Source: Patescibacteria group bacterium
GTDB lineage: Bacteria; Patescibacteriota; UBA1384; XYA2-FULL-43-10; 1-14-0-10-43-13
Assembly: GCA_038078835.1 (NCBI GenBank)
Contig: JBBTQI010000002.1
Span: 1-59,323, forward strand
Length of the DNA stretch: 59,323 bases
Direction of reading: 5' to 3'
Shown here: positions 57,502 through 59,323 of the stretch, piece after piece
How the letters are laid out: each line of letters starts with the position of its first letter
Position numbering within the stretch: the stretch's first letter is position 1
Translations under genes and position numbers: made by a program
The notes under the pieces: model-generated
Told to the model about the DNA's origin: nothing
Databases searched by the model: none
Seen by the model: the letters and a program-made list of their open reading frames with translations, nothing else

Positions 57502-58115
57502 ATGAGGAACGCAGGAAAATTCTACCATTGTTGGCAGATTTTAAGGCTGGTTTTTATTTGGCTGGCGGCACCGGTTTGGCTTTACAGTTAGGACATCGCG
57601 ACAGTATCGACTTTGATTTTTTTAGACCCGATTCTTTTTCAACCGAGGAACTTTTTGAAAAAGTTCAAGCGACATTCACCGGTCACAAGATCGAGAAAAT
57701 CCAGGACGAGAAAGACACTCTCAGTGTTATCATCGACGATAAAATCAGATTCAGTTTTTTAACTTATCCTTACCCGTTAATCGGTCAAATTATCAATGAT
57801 CGATATCTTAGATTGGCTTCAGTCGCCGATATCGGTTGTATGAAATTTTCAGCTATGACCGGTCGGGCTGCCTTAAAGGATTACATTGATCTGTATTTTA
57901 TTCTGCACAAAATCCCATTACGGGAGCTCGTTCAATTATCGGAAAAAAAATTTCCAACCCTAAACCACGCTTTAATTATGAAAAGTTTGGTCTACTTCGA
58001 CGACATCGAGTTTGTCGAGATTAACTATAAACACGGCCGACAGGTTGACTTTTCCGATATTAAAAAATATCTCGAGGATACGGTAAAGAACCATCTAAAG
58101 GCAGAGTATAAATAA
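57471..58115 (+). CDS. AbiEii/AbiGii-like nucleotidyltransferase family protein
   Basis: FYLAGGTGLALQLGHRDSIDFDFF matches the family N-terminal NTase pattern. Confidence 0.55.
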   Translation: MDEDIFRDILDEERRKILPLLADFKAGFYLAGGTGLALQLGHRDSIDFDFFRPDSFSTEELFEKVQATFTGHKIEKIQDEKDTLSVIIDDKIRFSFLTYPYPLIGQIINDRYLRLASVADIGCMKFSAMTGRAALKDYIDLYFILHKIPLRELVQLSEKKFPTLNHALIMKSLVYFDDIEFVEINYKHGRQVDFSDIKKYLEDTVKNHLKAEYK

Positions 58116-58142
58116 TCGAAATTATCCACAACGGAGGGACGA

Positions 58143-59132
58143 ATGAAGATTGCGATAAGCGGCTTTGGGCGGATTGGCCGGGCGGCGGCTAAGATCGCGC
58201 TCGAGCAGAGCAATGTGGAGCTAGTGGCCATTAATGACCTGGGCGATATCAATACCCTGGCCCATCTTTTGAAGTACGACAGTTGCTACGGGATCTATAA
58301 CAAAGAGATTAGGGCAAGTGAGGGCAGTCTGATCATTGGCGGTAAGAAGATCAAATTTATCTCTGAGAAGGAGCCGGCCGGCCTTCCCTGGAAGGATCTG
58401 GGCATCGACGTAGTAATCGAGTCAACCGGTGTCTTTACCGAGAAGGAGAAGGCGGCGGCTCATATTAAGGCTGGCACCAAAAAGGTGATTATGTCAGCGC
58501 CGGCTAAGGATGAAGTGACGCCAACTTATGTTGTCGGCGTCAATACTGATGATTACAAAGGCGAAGAGGTGATCTCTTGTGCTTCCTGCACCACCAACTG
58601 CATCACCCCCATTATGAAGGTGCTCGAGGATACTTTTGGTATTGCCAAATCGCTTATGACCACCATCCACTCTTATACTGCCGACCAGAATCTGGTTGAC
58701 GGGCCGCACAAGGACCTCCGGCGGGCCCGGGCGGCGGCCATTAATATTGTACCAACGACAACCGGCGCGGCTAAGGCCGCCTATAAAACCATTCCCACTC
58801 TCAAAGATCGGTTTGACGGCTTGGCGATCCGTGTGCCGACACCCGTTGTTTCTCTCTCTGACATCACCGTCCTGCTCAAAAAGAAAACGACAGCGGAGGA
58901 GATCAACAAGACTATGGCCGAAGCGGCGAAGGGCAAAATGAAAAACATCATCGAGGTGACATCGGAACCGGTTGTCTCTACCGATATCATCGGTAATCCC
59001 CACTCGGCAATTGTCGATCTTTCACTGACCCAGGTTATCGATGGTGATTTGGTTAAAATTATCGCTTGGTATGATAACGAATGGGGGTATTCAAACCGCT
59101 TAGTCGAACTGGCCGGATTGATTAACAAATGA
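58143..59132 (+). CDS. gap: Glyceraldehyde-3-phosphate dehydrogenase
   Basis: [22 protein letters not shown]. Confidence 0.95.
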   Translation: MKIAISGFGRIGRAAAKIALEQSNVELVAINDLGDINTLAHLLKYDSCYGIYNKEIRASEGSLIIGGKKIKFISEKEPAGLPWKDLGIDVVIESTGVFTEKEKAAAHIKAGTKKVIMSAPAKDEVTPTYVVGVNTDDYKGEEVISCASCTTNCITPIMKVLEDTFGIAKSLMTTIHSYTADQNLVDGPHKDLRRARAAAINIVPTTTGAAKAAYKTIPTLKDRFDGLAIRVPTPVVSLSDITVLLKKKTTAEEINKTMAEAAKGKMKNIIEVTSEPVVSTDIIGNPHSAIVDLSLTQVIDGDLVKIIAWYDNEWGYSNRLVELAGLINK

Positions 59133-59323
59133 GAAGTATTCGAGATGCAAATTTGAAGGGGAAGAGGGTCTTTTTGCGGACCGATTTTAACGTGACGATG
59201 AAGGATCGCGAGATCGTCGACGACAATCGCATCAGATCGGTCTTGCCGACGATTAAACACTTAATGGAGCAGGGGGCTAAAATCATTATCGGCACCCATC
59301 TTGGCAAGCCCGGCGGAGAGGTT
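59129..59323 (+). CDS. pgk: Phosphoglycerate kinase (3' end cut by window edge)
   Basis: ATGA overlap with the gap stop. [14 protein letters not shown] and HLGKPGGE motifs. Confidence 0.9.
   Translation, partial: MRSIRDANLKGKRVFLRTDFNVTMKDREIVDDNRIRSVLPTIKHLMEQGAKIIIGTHLGKPGGEV

Overview
This 59.3-kb window reads like a small-genome, Patescibacteria/CPR-like bacterium. That assignment is an inference from gene content. It uses the standard genetic code, since TGA ends clearly homologous genes. About 50 housekeeping genes run almost entirely on the + strand. They include division and wall genes (ftsA, ruvX, mltG, mreBCD-pbp2, ftsEX, M23 peptidase, ctp) and translation genes (lysS, serS, proS, gatC/A/B, hpf, rpsB-tsf-frr, and prmC-prfA-rpmE on the - strand). 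The rest are secA, ligA, uvrC, greA, htpX, lemA, htrA, rseP and a yvcK-tpiA-gap-pgk block. I found no tRNA, rRNA, CRISPR array, transposase or integrase. Five things stand out. (1) A roughly 1.2-kb GC-rich stretch between ligA and gatC has no credible ORF. It has its own near-consensus promoter, a terminator-like end, and a dense chain of long nested helices with strand-specific G.U pairs, so I call it a candidate large structured ncRNA of no family I can recognise. (2) Short palindromic word elements (GGCCGAAGGCC, GGGGACWGTCCCC, CCCTCTCCC/GGGAGAGGG and others) sit in frame inside essential genes (gatA, gatB, prmC, secA, ligA, uvrC). Related private-word spacers fill many intergenic gaps. (3) Several compositionally distinct islets, mostly on the - strand, carry orphan genes. 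One of them is flanked by a 48-bp duplication of the mltG 3' end. (4) A PaaX-like gene is bracketed by inverted copies of a 38-nt hairpin. (5) Smaller oddities include a circularly permuted M23 domain, an AbiEii-like module inside the glycolytic operon, and a gene with a frame break at a 9-nt direct repeat. All homology calls come from motif recognition by eye. No database search was run.
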